Shown: positions 1-8,544, counted from the stretch's first letter. The stretch is DNA of 64,000 nt from Candidatus Levybacteria bacterium RIFCSPHIGHO2_01_FULL_40_16 (GCA_001783805.1 MFNS01000001.1:342921-406920), one strand, 5' to 3'. The notes: generated by a model from the letters alone, not told the origin. Translations and numbers: made by a program.

Positions 1-649
1 TACAAAAATACTCGAATGCATGCTTTTAACTTCTTGACTAATTGGGCTTAATGTCTTTCCAAAAAACCTATTCTTTCCTTCCACATAAGGGGTTTCTTCA
101 ACAGTAAATCCCAATCTACCAAACAATCTAGCATGACTAATGGTATAAGTAATAAATGTAATGCAGTTTTGCTTAGGCAGCTTCTTTTCATTAATTTCTA
201 TATACTTGGCCACCTTTTTCATTCCCGAAACAAGAGTTTCAAAAGTAGTTCCTTTATCGGAGTGGTTAAATGGATACAGACGTATAAAGCGTTTTCCTTT
301 TTTTAAACTTAAGCCACCATCTTTCTTAGAAACAAAGTCGTTCTCTGCTTTAGCCTCTCTAAGTAGAAAGCAGCTAATAATTTTATCGGGATTATGCCTT
401 AATAGATCCTCGTATAATGTGTTCATATATTGAGCATGTGCTTCCTCGCTCAAAATGTGACTATTGTTTACTTGATCTTCTATCCAAAAAAGGCCATTCT
501 GTATCGCTCGGCTGATTCTTGATGAGCCCATACCCTCTCGTGTTGCTAAGTTATGATTTAATACTGCAAAACGCGCCATTAAAGAGGTTTTCGGGACCTC
601 TTTAATCTCTTTTTGCTGACCTATTCGTTCTGCATTCATTGCGGGGTAA
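1..649 (-). CDS. hypothetical protein; C-terminal region vaguely GNAT/FemAB-fold-like; 3' end lies beyond the window start
   Basis: Uninterrupted minus-strand frame from ATG at 649 to position 1 (MNAERIGQQKEIKEV...FITYTISHARLFGRLGFTVEE...). Absent from the ORF track because it runs off the edge. Lies directly downstream of the beta-lactamase-like gene. Confidence 0.4.
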
Positions 650-655
650 ATTATA

Positions 656-1492
656 TTAAATCTTGGAAAAATAGTCAAAGACTCTCTTGGAGATTTGAGC
701 AATTCTCTCTTCTGCTCCCGGAGGATAACTACTCTCTGACAAAACTACGATAATATAGTCACCGGTCGGAGCATAGACAATTCCGCCGTCATGCGATAAA
801 TAGTCTATCTCTCCTGTCTTATGCGCAACAACTGTTCCTTCCGGTAGATATCTTGGCAGTTTATCATTAAGGGTCTGGGCTTTTAATAAATCCAGCATTT
901 CTTTAGTATATTGGGGATTATTAAGTTCGCCTTTGTATAACTTTTCAAAAAAAGCCGCGATATCATCAGCTGTTGATGTCGGCGTATCGCCAACATGTGA
1001 ATTATTAAAACCGTCTTTCTTCAAAAACCCGGCGACATTTAATAGCTTTATTCTATTGGTCAAAAGAAGCGCCGCATAATTATGTGAAATGGCAATCATT
1101 TGCCTTAAAGCATCCCTTACCGTTAATGTAATCGTTCCTTCCGTTAGCTCCGCAAATTCCGGATCAATATTAAGACCCTTATTCAAAACGCTCACGTCTT
1201 CCGATAATATTTCGTCTTTTGAAAGAGTGCCATTTCGGATCTGATCAAAAGATTCTGCCATAACCCACAATTTATAAAGACTGCCGACATTGTAAACTTT
1301 ATCTCCATAAAGCGAATCCCTTTTTTCATTTTCTAAATCTTCAACAACCACGCTGTATTTCCCTTTTGCACCTGACAATGAATTTAATATGGTTTTATAC
1401 AGGTTGGTATTGGAATTTATTTGCTTAAAAGTATAAAAACCAATTGTGCTAATTACAATAACGAATAACAGTAGCCATGTTCTTTTCTTCAC
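656..1492 (-). CDS. class A beta-lactamase-like / PBP-like serine hydrolase, N-terminal membrane anchor
   Basis: SxxK (SLYK), SDN-like (SHN) and KTG (KTGEI) motifs in the correct order; N-terminal hydrophobic segment. Confidence 0.7.
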   Translation of the reverse strand: MKKRTWLLLFVIVISTIGFYTFKQINSNTNLYKTILNSLSGAKGKYSVVVEDLENEKRDSLYGDKVYNVGSLYKLWVMAESFDQIRNGTLSKDEILSEDVSVLNKGLNIDPEFAELTEGTITLTVRDALRQMIAISHNYAALLLTNRIKLLNVAGFLKKDGFNNSHVGDTPTSTADDIAAFFEKLYKGELNNPQYTKEMLDLLKAQTLNDKLPRYLPEGTVVAHKTGEIDYLSHDGGIVYAPTGDYIIVVLSESSYPPGAEERIAQISKRVFDYFSKI

Positions 1493-1577
1493 GAAAAGAT
1501 TATAGCAAAATCCAGAATCTTTGTAATTAATGTTGATTTAGGCTGAAAATTCCTTCACCCTGTAGTACAATAATGTC

Positions 1578-1970
1578 GTGGCATTTAACAAGCTCACCCC
1601 AAAAGAAGCAGAAGTAATTGTAGGCAAGGGTACGGAACCGCCTTTCTCGGGAGAATATGACAAGTTTTACGAAAACGGCACTTTTATTTGCCGCAGGTGC
1701 AATGTTCCCTTATTTTCAGCAAAAAGTAAATTTGCTGCCGGATGCGGATGGCCGTCCTTTGACGAAAATTTTCCCAATGCCGTAAAACGGTTGCCGGACC
1801 CGGATGGACAAAGAACGGAGATTCAATGCGCCAATTGCCAAGCGCATTTGGGACATGTGTTTGAGGGAGAACATTTAACCGATAAAAACACCAGGCATTG
1901 CGTCAATTCTTTATCAATCCGTTTTGTTCCCGAAGGAAGGGAGCTGCCGAAAGTTTTACATGAAAAATAA
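1578..1970 (+). CDS. msrB: peptide methionine-(R)-S-oxide reductase MsrB
   Basis: CGWPSF, RTEIQCANCQAHLGHVF and RHCVNS motifs. Confidence 0.9.
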   Translation: MAFNKLTPKEAEVIVGKGTEPPFSGEYDKFYENGTFICRRCNVPLFSAKSKFAAGCGWPSFDENFPNAVKRLPDPDGQRTEIQCANCQAHLGHVFEGEHLTDKNTRHCVNSLSIRFVPEGRELPKVLHEK

Positions 1971-2529
1971 ATTGGAAACAGCAACACTTGCAGGCGGATG
2001 TTTTTGGTGTACGGAGGCAATCTTCAGAAGATTGAAAGGCGTAATATCTGTTTTGCCCGGATATGCGGGAGGAAATCCGCCAGCTGGCGGAAAAAATCCT
2101 TCTTATGCACAAGTTTGCTCCGGGAGTACGAGACATGCGGAATCTATTCAAATTGAGTTTGATCCTTCACTTCTTTCTTTTGAAAAAATCCTGGATATCT
2201 TCTGGCATACCCACAATCCCACGACTCTTAATCAACAAGGTAACGACATCGGCACACAATATCGATCGGCAATTTTTTACCACAATCAAAAGCAAAAAGA
2301 AATTGCCGAAAAATCAAAAACGGAATTTGAAGAAGAAAAAGTCTACCTGGATCCCGTTGTGACGGAAATTACTCCTTTCACAAATTTCTATATTGCTGAG
2401 AATTATCACAAAAACTATTTTGAGAGGAACAAAAACAAATCTTATTGTAATTTCGTAATTAACCCTAAAATACAAAAACTTCTCAAAAATTATGGAAATA
2501 TCATCAAGGAAGAATACAGACAATTTTAA
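1960..2529 (+). CDS. msrA: peptide methionine-(S)-S-oxide reductase MsrA
   Basis: GCFWC active-site motif. Start moved to the internal M (MKNKLETATLAGGCFWC), overlapping the msrB stop. Carries an in-frame NPPAGGK insertion. Confidence 0.9.
   Translation: MKNKLETATLAGGCFWCTEAIFRRLKGVISVLPGYAGGNPPAGGKNPSYAQVCSGSTRHAESIQIEFDPSLLSFEKILDIFWHTHNPTTLNQQGNDIGTQYRSAIFYHNQKQKEIAEKSKTEFEEEKVYLDPVVTEITPFTNFYIAENYHKNYFERNKNKSYCNFVINPKIQKLLKNYGNIIKEEYRQF
2074..2091. repeat. GC-rich 18-nt palindromic element, family 2 (AATCCGCCAGCTGGCGGA), in frame in msrA
   Basis: Encodes NPPAGG inserted between the conserved GYAGG and NPSY of MsrA. Confidence 0.8.
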
Positions 2530-2571
2530 ATCTCGCCTTTGCAGCAGGTTTTTTTGCCCTATTATTTTTAA

Positions 2572-2994
2572 TTAAGATGCTGTGATGGGGCCGACAAAAT
2601 CTTCCGGGGAAACTTCCTGATCGTGATTCTCATCCAGATCCAAATAAATCAAAACTTCACTTAATGATTTTTTATTCTCCGTATAAATTGAAAGCATTTG
2701 TTCTCCCGCAATTTCGACATACGTACCCATGGATGCTTCAGGATTTGAAGATATGTCAACCTCCTCCCCCTCGTTATCTTCCGGAGCAGCATATCTTGTT
2801 GCTCCCAGTTTCCCATTTGGGTCCGTTATTATTATTGAACCCTTATCTTTATTCAAGCTACAAATAACGGCTATCCTTGATCCTTTTCCCAAAAATTTTA
2901 CAGGCATCCAATTGCCAGAAGCAACACTATGTGAACCTATACATTTCTCTCCCCTTCTTTCACTGGTAGAGAAATAATCTACCTCCACGCTCAT
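2572..2994 (-). CDS. hypothetical protein
   Basis: 140-aa ORF with coding-like composition; no recognisable motif. Confidence 0.45.
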   Translation of the reverse strand: MSVEVDYFSTSERRGEKCIGSHSVASGNWMPVKFLGKGSRIAVICSLNKDKGSIIITDPNGKLGATRYAAPEDNEGEEVDISSNPEASMGTYVEIAGEQMLSIYTENKKSLSEVLIYLDLDENHDQEVSPEDFVGPITAS

Positions 2995-3034
2995 ATAAAT
3001 TATGAAAAGATTATATCAAAATGAAAATGATTTG

Positions 3035-3066
3035 GAAATTCGGGAGGGCTTTGCAGCCGGTTTTTT
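3035..3066 (+). repeat. intergenic G-tract motif copy 1 (GGGAGGGCTTTGCAGCCGGTTTTTT), degenerate
   Basis: Matches the 3.0-8.2 kb motif family; lies between divergent genes. Confidence 0.6.
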
Positions 3067-3112
3067 GATTTATTCAAAATATCATGTTAAAATATGCAGA
3101 TAGCATTTTATT

Positions 3113-3427
3113 ATGAATGAAAAAGAAGGATCTGAATTTGTAGTCGATGTACCTCTGGAGGCAAAAATATTCGCAGACGGACGGACATCCGTAGATTCGC
3201 TAATCTATACAACCAGTCCTGAAGCTTTGGAGAAATATAACAAAGAATGTGAAGAAAAAGGCGGCAGTCTAGTATCTCAAAAAGAACTGAAATCAGAGGA
3301 AGAATTCAGACAGGTATTAGAAAGAGCTTCAAAAAGCTATGGTTTTGCAAGATGGAATTCTTCATGGAATCCGGAAGGACCAAAGAAAAATTGGGTAGTA
3401 GCTCCCAAAAACCCCTCAAACAATTAG
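3113..3427 (+). CDS. hypothetical protein (cassette-like unit 1)
   Basis: 104-aa ORF bounded by motif copies 1 and 2. Confidence 0.45.
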   Translation: MNEKEGSEFVVDVPLEAKIFADGRTSVDSLIYTTSPEALEKYNKECEEKGGSLVSQKELKSEEEFRQVLERASKSYGFARWNSSWNPEGPKKNWVVAPKNPSNN

Positions 3428-3437
3428 TTCCGCATTT

Positions 3438-3466
3438 GAATTTTTTTTGGGGGGGGTTGCAGCCGG
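3438..3466 (+). repeat. intergenic G-tract motif copy 2 (GAATTTTTTTTGGGGGGGGTTGCAGCCGG)
   Basis: Direct reading of the sequence; sits between convergent genes. Confidence 0.85.
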
Positions 3467-3471
3467 CGTGG

Positions 3472-4020
3472 CTATTTTAATTTTTTAATTATTTCCAAAA
3501 GATAGGGGAAAGTCGTAAATCCGGTATCCGTATTTAAATGTCCGCCATCTTTTATAATTTTAGGCGCAACTCCAAGTTGATCCGCAACCATCCGTAACTC
3601 TTTCTGCGGAACATATGGATCATTATCTCCAAAGATTACAAATGAATTCTCAACATGTTTTTTTACTCTAGAGAAATCAATATGTTTTTCACTCAAAAAA
3701 TAACTATTCATTTCAGCCCCATAATCTTCTGCAAATCCTGAAACTGAGATTAATCCTATAATTTTCCTGTCAATCCCCCCTAATAGATCAAGAGCTGTCG
3801 TTACCCCCAAAGAATGACCAACTATAATAAGCTCTTGAGGATCTATGCCTTTTACTTTAACTTTTATAATTTTAAGCCATTCTTTTCTATCCGGATGGTC
3901 GGAATTTGGAAGATTCGGCATCAAAACATTGAATCCGCTCTTTATTAATTCATCATGCAGCCACTTTTGCCAATGAATACCGGCGTGTCCGCCAATTCCA
4001 TGAATAATTAACACCGTCAT
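3472..4020 (-). CDS. alpha/beta hydrolase, YdeN/RBBP9-like serine hydrolase
   Basis: GHSLG nucleophile elbow; fold-typical size of ~180 aa. Confidence 0.7.
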   Translation of the reverse strand: MTVLIIHGIGGHAGIHWQKWLHDELIKSGFNVLMPNLPNSDHPDRKEWLKIIKVKVKGIDPQELIIVGHSLGVTTALDLLGGIDRKIIGLISVSGFAEDYGAEMNSYFLSEKHIDFSRVKKHVENSFVIFGDNDPYVPQKELRMVADQLGVAPKIIKDGGHLNTDTGFTTFPYLLEIIKKLK

Positions 4021-4083
4021 AAACCAATTATATCAAAAGTGGGTTTGGGGAACTTTAGTGTTTAATGTATAATTCTAGGCCAT

Positions 4084-4749
4084 ATGCATGAGTCAATGGA
4101 ACATCGTCCTTTCTCCGAAATGGTAAGCATGGAGAGAAATCGGGATTCGCGAGACTACGCTCTGATAAATGGCTTTTCACATGCAAAAGATTTCCTTGAT
4201 TCTTTGGAAAAACAATTAATAAGGGGAGACAGAATTTTGGATATGGGATGCGGAAAAGGAAAGGCAATATCTCAAATCGGCCGAGAATTATCCTTGCAAG
4301 GTATAAATTGTCTGGCTCTAGATCGCGAGCTTCCGGAAAGACAATATAAATTTTTGGAGTATATCGACGGAACTTTTAGTGAAACGGGTCTTGAGGATAA
4401 TTCAGTAGATTTAATTGTTTCTGTATGTGGCTTACTTTACTATGCAGAAGACGAACAAGATCTTCATGAACACGTAAAAGAAACAGAAAGAATATTAGCT
4501 TCAAATGGAGAGTTGTCGGCTGTCGTAGACCCGGTTATTTATGAGCACGATCGTATGAAAATATCTCTTGCGCAATTAGCTACGCAGGAAATACGTCTTC
4601 AATCCCCCACCATTAATAATAAATCCTTCAAAATTAATGTTTGCAATTTATTAAAAGACGAAGGTTTAAGAATTGATAGACGGATATTACCAAAAGGCGG
4701 AATGATGATTGACGACGAAATTACCTTAATTATTAAAAAGGGTAAATAA
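4084..4749 (+). CDS. class I SAM-dependent methyltransferase
   Basis: Motif I ILDMGCGKGKA and an acidic residue after beta-2; the start may be an internal Met. Confidence 0.7.
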   Translation: MHESMEHRPFSEMVSMERNRDSRDYALINGFSHAKDFLDSLEKQLIRGDRILDMGCGKGKAISQIGRELSLQGINCLALDRELPERQYKFLEYIDGTFSETGLEDNSVDLIVSVCGLLYYAEDEQDLHEHVKETERILASNGELSAVVDPVIYEHDRMKISLAQLATQEIRLQSPTINNKSFKINVCNLLKDEGLRIDRRILPKGGMMIDDEITLIIKKGK

Positions 4750-4788
4750 TTTTGGTTTTTTTGGGGAGGGAGTTGCAACCGAGTTTTA
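4750..4788 (+). repeat. intergenic G-tract motif copy 3 (TTTTTTTGGGGAGGGAGTTGCAACCGAGTTTT)
   Basis: Direct reading; sits between convergent genes. Confidence 0.75.
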
Positions 4789-5550
4789 ATTTGTCCTAGC
4801 TTCTCCAACATCATTTCCATATCCGGGAAGCAAAGACTTGGCATCTTTCATATCAATAAATATTTCAACCTGCATTAGTAACATTTTTCTCTCAAAAGTA
4901 TTTTTAAAACCCCCAAAATATAATTTATGCATATTTTCTTCTCCAAATTCCTCAATAAGCTCCTTATATAGATGACTAATTTTATCTTGCTTCTCCGTGG
5001 TAGGACATTCATAGTCTCTTTCCCGATTGATCTCCTCCTGATAATATACTGTTCCCATTTCAAAAAATAATTCCGGAAGTGACCAATCCTGAAACTGATG
5101 CACTGTCTCATGTACGATGTTTGCAATAAGATTTATATAAGTCAGTTCCGTTATTGCCTGTTCTTTACTGCCAAAATATTCAATAAATTTTTCCTTTTCT
5201 GTCTGAGAAATACCCGCCCATACTTCAAGCGTATCTAGGAGAACTGTTATACCGCCCTTTTTACAAACATATGCCGTTGGATTTCTTGACTCCTCTCTCC
5301 CAAGCCAATCCTTATGAAACTTTACGTAAGATTCTTTTGTTAAGAAAAGCAGTCTATTCTCAATCCCATCTGAAATCTGGTCTTTTGTGTTTGGCATAAA
5401 TTCACCATACTTAGTTACGAGGAAATCGGACACTTCCCTAACTAATGTTCCCAAGCTTTCCTGAAAACTGTCTCTAACAACTGAATAATCACGTCTAAGA
5501 TCCCTCATTGTTTCTTTGCTTGCGATGAAATCATTTCGTTCTACTCCCAT
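4786..5550 (-). CDS. hypothetical protein with HExxH motif (putative zinc metallopeptidase-like)
   Basis: VHETVHQF contains HExxH; no other recognisable domain. Confidence 0.5.
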   Translation of the reverse strand: MGVERNDFIASKETMRDLRRDYSVVRDSFQESLGTLVREVSDFLVTKYGEFMPNTKDQISDGIENRLLFLTKESYVKFHKDWLGREESRNPTAYVCKKGGITVLLDTLEVWAGISQTEKEKFIEYFGSKEQAITELTYINLIANIVHETVHQFQDWSLPELFFEMGTVYYQEEINRERDYECPTTEKQDKISHLYKELIEEFGEENMHKLYFGGFKNTFERKMLLMQVEIFIDMKDAKSLLPGYGNDVGEARTN

Positions 5551-5605
5551 AAGTCGAAGACAATATTATACTTATTTTTCTTTTTTTGCAAGAATTAGAA
5601 TGTGA

Positions 5606-5640
5606 GAATGGGGGGGGTTGCAGCCGATTTTCTTATTTGC
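5606..5640 (+). repeat. intergenic G-tract motif copy 4 (GAATGGGGGGGGTTGCAGCCGATTTTCTTATTTGC)
   Basis: Direct reading; sits between divergent genes. Confidence 0.85.
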
Positions 5641-5672
5641 TTTTTCCGACATCCATACGTATAATCCTCTTT

Positions 5673-6401
5673 ATGGCCAATATAGAAGCACCAAAAAATC
5701 CATTAATTACTGAAACGGGGCCAAAACCATTGACGCTTGAACAAGTTGAATCAAATTCAATTCGATTAAAAATGGGCAGGATTAAAAATTTCAAATTAGG
5801 ATCGGAATCAGTATCATTCAGCAATATAGGAGGTTTTAGCATCACAGATGAGTATGATGCTGATCAATTCGGATTTAATTCTGATCCTTATTGGTCACAA
5901 GACCTTCTCCGTTTTGATCCACTTACTCACATTCTGAAGACAAATAAATATGGGAACTTAGAAGTTTATGAAACTCAAGGAGGAAAACTTATCCCAAATG
6001 GACAAAGACCAAGGATTATCATTGGAGCAAGGGACCTTAGAGAGATTGATAGGGTATACTTTATGGAAGGCGAAGTTCGTCCGTCAGGATTTGTTTTCCC
6101 AAAGCATTTTCCACGTTATCCCCTAGGCGAAGGGCGTGAAATTACTCCTGAAGAGCTCGAGCAGATGCTATTAAAAGCACAACGAGATGATAAACCCCAA
6201 TCCGATTACAATCTTCATGGTGGATTTGCAAGGGTTGACTCAAGCCTAGTTGGAAAAAGCGTTCTCTTAATTCCTTTTGACGTTACCTATAGGGATTCTA
6301 AAAATGTTATGCAAACGGATGCCGTGATAGTTGATGTAGAGGAACTGAAATTAATTCCTCGGATCTTTTATACTCTTACCCCCGAAACAAAAACGCATTA
6401 A
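5673..6401 (+). CDS. hypothetical protein
   Basis: Start moved to the internal Met (MANIEAPK), so the G-tract motif lies upstream rather than inside the CDS. Confidence 0.5.
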   Translation: MANIEAPKNPLITETGPKPLTLEQVESNSIRLKMGRIKNFKLGSESVSFSNIGGFSITDEYDADQFGFNSDPYWSQDLLRFDPLTHILKTNKYGNLEVYETQGGKLIPNGQRPRIIIGARDLREIDRVYFMEGEVRPSGFVFPKHFPRYPLGEGREITPEELEQMLLKAQRDDKPQSDYNLHGGFARVDSSLVGKSVLLIPFDVTYRDSKNVMQTDAVIVDVEELKLIPRIFYTLTPETKTH

Positions 6402-6410
6402 ACAACTTAT

Positions 6411-6441
6411 GGAATTTTAGAGGGGGGGGTTGCAGCCTGTT
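6411..6441 (+). repeat. intergenic G-tract motif copy 5 (GGAATTTTAGAGGGGGGGGTTGCAGCCTGTT)
   Basis: Direct reading. Confidence 0.85.
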
Positions 6442-6518
6442 ATTAATTCCTGTCAAGGCTATTCTTCCGATTGACAAGATTGGCTTAATACGCTAGAATA
6501 ATATTTAATAATCATCTG

Positions 6519-6543
6519 AAAATCCCCGAAAGGGGATTTTTGG
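6519..6543. terminator. bidirectional intrinsic terminator hairpin (AAATCCCC-GAAA-GGGGATTT plus T run)
   Basis: Perfect 8-bp stem with GAAA loop, flanked by A/T runs on both strands, between convergent genes. Confidence 0.55.
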
Positions 6544-6546
6544 AAT

Positions 6547-7074
6547 CTAGATTCTCTCCACAAATTCTCTTAAAGTATTGAAATTAATATATTTATTCGC
6601 AGCTTTTAAAAGTTCGTAAGAGACATGCCCTTTCGATGAAATTACAACTACTTTTTTGTCTTTGTTTTGCAGATATCTGACCAGGGCATGAAAATCGCTG
6701 TCTCCGCTCATTAGAACAGCTGTCGAATAATACTTAAGATCCTTAATGGCATCTATGGTCAGCTCCACATCCAAATTCCCTTTCTTTAAGATAGTGCCGT
6801 CAGATTGTCTAATTAATTTAACTTCTTTGGTTCTGATTTTGTAACCCCACTGTCTTAATTTCCTAAAGAATCCTTGTTGTTTTTCGTCATCTTTTAAATA
6901 TCCAAAATAGAAATAGACGTTATCCAGCTGATAATTGACCTTGAAGTAATCCATCAATTTTTTAAAATCTATCTGCCATTTTAGAGTTCTTTGGGAATAA
7001 ATTACATTAGCTGCGTCAATAAATACCGCAGCCTTAGTTGATTGGCGATAAATGATTTTTCTTATGATTGGCAT
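6547..7074 (-). CDS. NYN-domain (LabA/YacP-like) putative ribonuclease
   Basis: VFIDAANV ... LMSGDSDF acidic motifs typical of the NYN/PIN-like fold. Start moved to the internal Met. Confidence 0.65.
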   Translation of the reverse strand: MPIIRKIIYRQSTKAAVFIDAANVIYSQRTLKWQIDFKKLMDYFKVNYQLDNVYFYFGYLKDDEKQQGFFRKLRQWGYKIRTKEVKLIRQSDGTILKKGNLDVELTIDAIKDLKYYSTAVLMSGDSDFHALVRYLQNKDKKVVVISSKGHVSYELLKAANKYINFNTLREFVERI

Positions 7075-7093
7075 CTTTAAATTAATTATAACA

Positions 7094-7124
7094 GGAATTT
7101 TTTGGGGGGGGTTGCAACCGGTTT
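7094..7124 (+). repeat. intergenic G-tract motif copy 6 (GGAATTTTTTGGGGGGGGTTGCAACCGGTTT)
   Basis: Direct reading. Confidence 0.85.
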
Positions 7125-7140
7125 CCAAGAATTATCAGAT

Positions 7141-8088
7141 TTATGTCGCTATGTTCTTAGGTTTTCCATTTAGGAAACTTTCCATATTGCTAATAAAAAT
7201 TTCTTGCTTGGCTATTCTTGCCTCATCAGAGATATAACCAATTGATGGATAGAATATGCAATTTTTATATTTAGATAATCTTTTCGCTTCTTCCGGGCTT
7301 AACTCATCCGGATGATCACGAATAATAGTTATATCTTCTTTTTTAAGCCTATCTTCTAATGCCGTTAAATCTGTTATCTCATTGGTAACTGTGCTTACAG
7401 CCAAACTTCCCTTCTTAATGCTATTGATTCTTTTTCTATTTAGAAAATGTTTTGTTTGCGGAGTTTCTGCCAAATTAAGAGAAATAATATCCGCTTGAGA
7501 AATTAAACTATCGGCATCTTGATATTTAATACCTTTTTTCTCCAAATCTTCTTTTCTATGCCTCGACCAATATCTGACATCCGCGCCAAAAGTCTTGGCA
7601 ATTTCTGCTATTCTACTCCCAATTCTTCCCAGACCAATTACTCCAAATATTTTATCTTTTATCTCTGTTGCTTTAAACCCTGCTTCGGAATAATTGCCCT
7701 TACCCGCCTGCTCTTTTGCCCTGGATAAATCTCTTATCTTTTCCAAGATTACTCCAAAAACGAATTCCGCAACTGATTCCGTAGAATAACCCGGGACATT
7801 GGTCACGATTATACCCTTTTTCTTTGCATAATCTGTGTCAATTTTTCCGTAAGCGGTAGCTAAAACGCTAATATATTTTAAATTTGGAGCTGCATCTATT
7901 TCTTCTCTGCCAACAGGTATTTGAAATCCCGTTAAGATACAGTCGACGTCGACCAATTCTTTTCTTATTTGAGGGCTGTCCTTTGGGAGACATAATTTTC
8001 TTTCAACCAATTTATCTAGCTTTCCCCAATATTTCCGGTCCAAGCTATCTTCGCTAATGCTTATTGTTAACGCTTTTTTGAATTTCAT
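7141..8088 (-). CDS. D-isomer-specific 2-hydroxyacid dehydrogenase family protein (glycerate/phosphoglycerate dehydrogenase-like)
   Basis: NAD-binding GxGxxG (GVIGLGRIGSRIAEIAKTFGADV); catalytic His/Glu/Arg region. Confidence 0.85.
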   Translation of the reverse strand: MKFKKALTISISEDSLDRKYWGKLDKLVERKLCLPKDSPQIRKELVDVDCILTGFQIPVGREEIDAAPNLKYISVLATAYGKIDTDYAKKKGIIVTNVPGYSTESVAEFVFGVILEKIRDLSRAKEQAGKGNYSEAGFKATEIKDKIFGVIGLGRIGSRIAEIAKTFGADVRYWSRHRKEDLEKKGIKYQDADSLISQADIISLNLAETPQTKHFLNRKRINSIKKGSLAVSTVTNEITDLTALEDRLKKEDITIIRDHPDELSPEEAKRLSKYKNCIFYPSIGYISDEARIAKQEIFISNMESFLNGKPKNIAT

Positions 8089-8118
8089 ACCCTAACACAG
8101 AAAGTATAGCAAAAATTT

Positions 8119-8172
8119 AGAATTTTTGGGGCGATTTTTTTTGAGGGGGTTGCAGCCGGTTTTTTTTATTTG
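8119..8172 (+). repeat. intergenic G-tract motif copy 7 (GAATTTTTGGGGCGATTTTTTTTGAGGGGGTTGCAGCCGGTTTTTTTTATTTGC)
   Basis: Direct reading; last copy of the array. Confidence 0.8.
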
Positions 8173-8264
8173 CTCGATTATCTTTCAAGTCGAAATATAC
8201 CGATAAGGATTACTCCACTAATTTCTTAATACCAACTAGGTTGCTATCTATATCACAAATGGAA

Positions 8265-8528
8265 CTATTTTACAAATGATCTATAAACCTTTATAAAGAT
8301 ATAGCCGACTACCCAAGCTGTTATCGTAGATGAGATTAAACCTACGATAAATGCCGACATAGTTAAATTCCCAACGTCTAGCCTACTAAACTCAACGCCA
8401 TGAAACCATGATTGAGCGATAGCAAAAAATTCATTAGGAAATAAGCCCACCAACAGCCGACACAATACATAAATAATAGCCGTTGTAACTGCTAAGGCAT
8501 TTTGTATTGCGTATGATTGATTTTTCAT
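8265..8528 (-). CDS. small membrane protein, hypothetical
   Basis: 87 aa with two predicted TM segments. Confidence 0.4.
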   Translation of the reverse strand: MKNQSYAIQNALAVTTAIIYVLCRLLVGLFPNEFFAIAQSWFHGVEFSRLDVGNLTMSAFIVGLISSTITAWVVGYIFIKVYRSFVK

Positions 8529-8544
8529 AAATTTTCACCTCCTT

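Noticed and set aside
161-433. 90-aa plus-strand ORF
   Set aside because: It lies entirely inside a longer, better-supported minus-strand reading frame (1-649) that sits in operon position behind the beta-lactamase-like gene. It is low-complexity and has no RBS.
1823-2151. Two minus-strand ORFs (65 and 82 aa) across the msrB/msrA junction
   Set aside because: They are antisense to strongly supported msrB and msrA coding sequence.
3035-8172. Interpretation of the G8-TTGCAGCCGG motifs as classical integron attC sites
   Set aside because: No imperfect-palindrome partner (R''/L'' versus L'/R') is detectable, the copies are too short and uniform, the ORF orientation is mixed, and no intI-like gene is present. 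I keep this only as an analogy.
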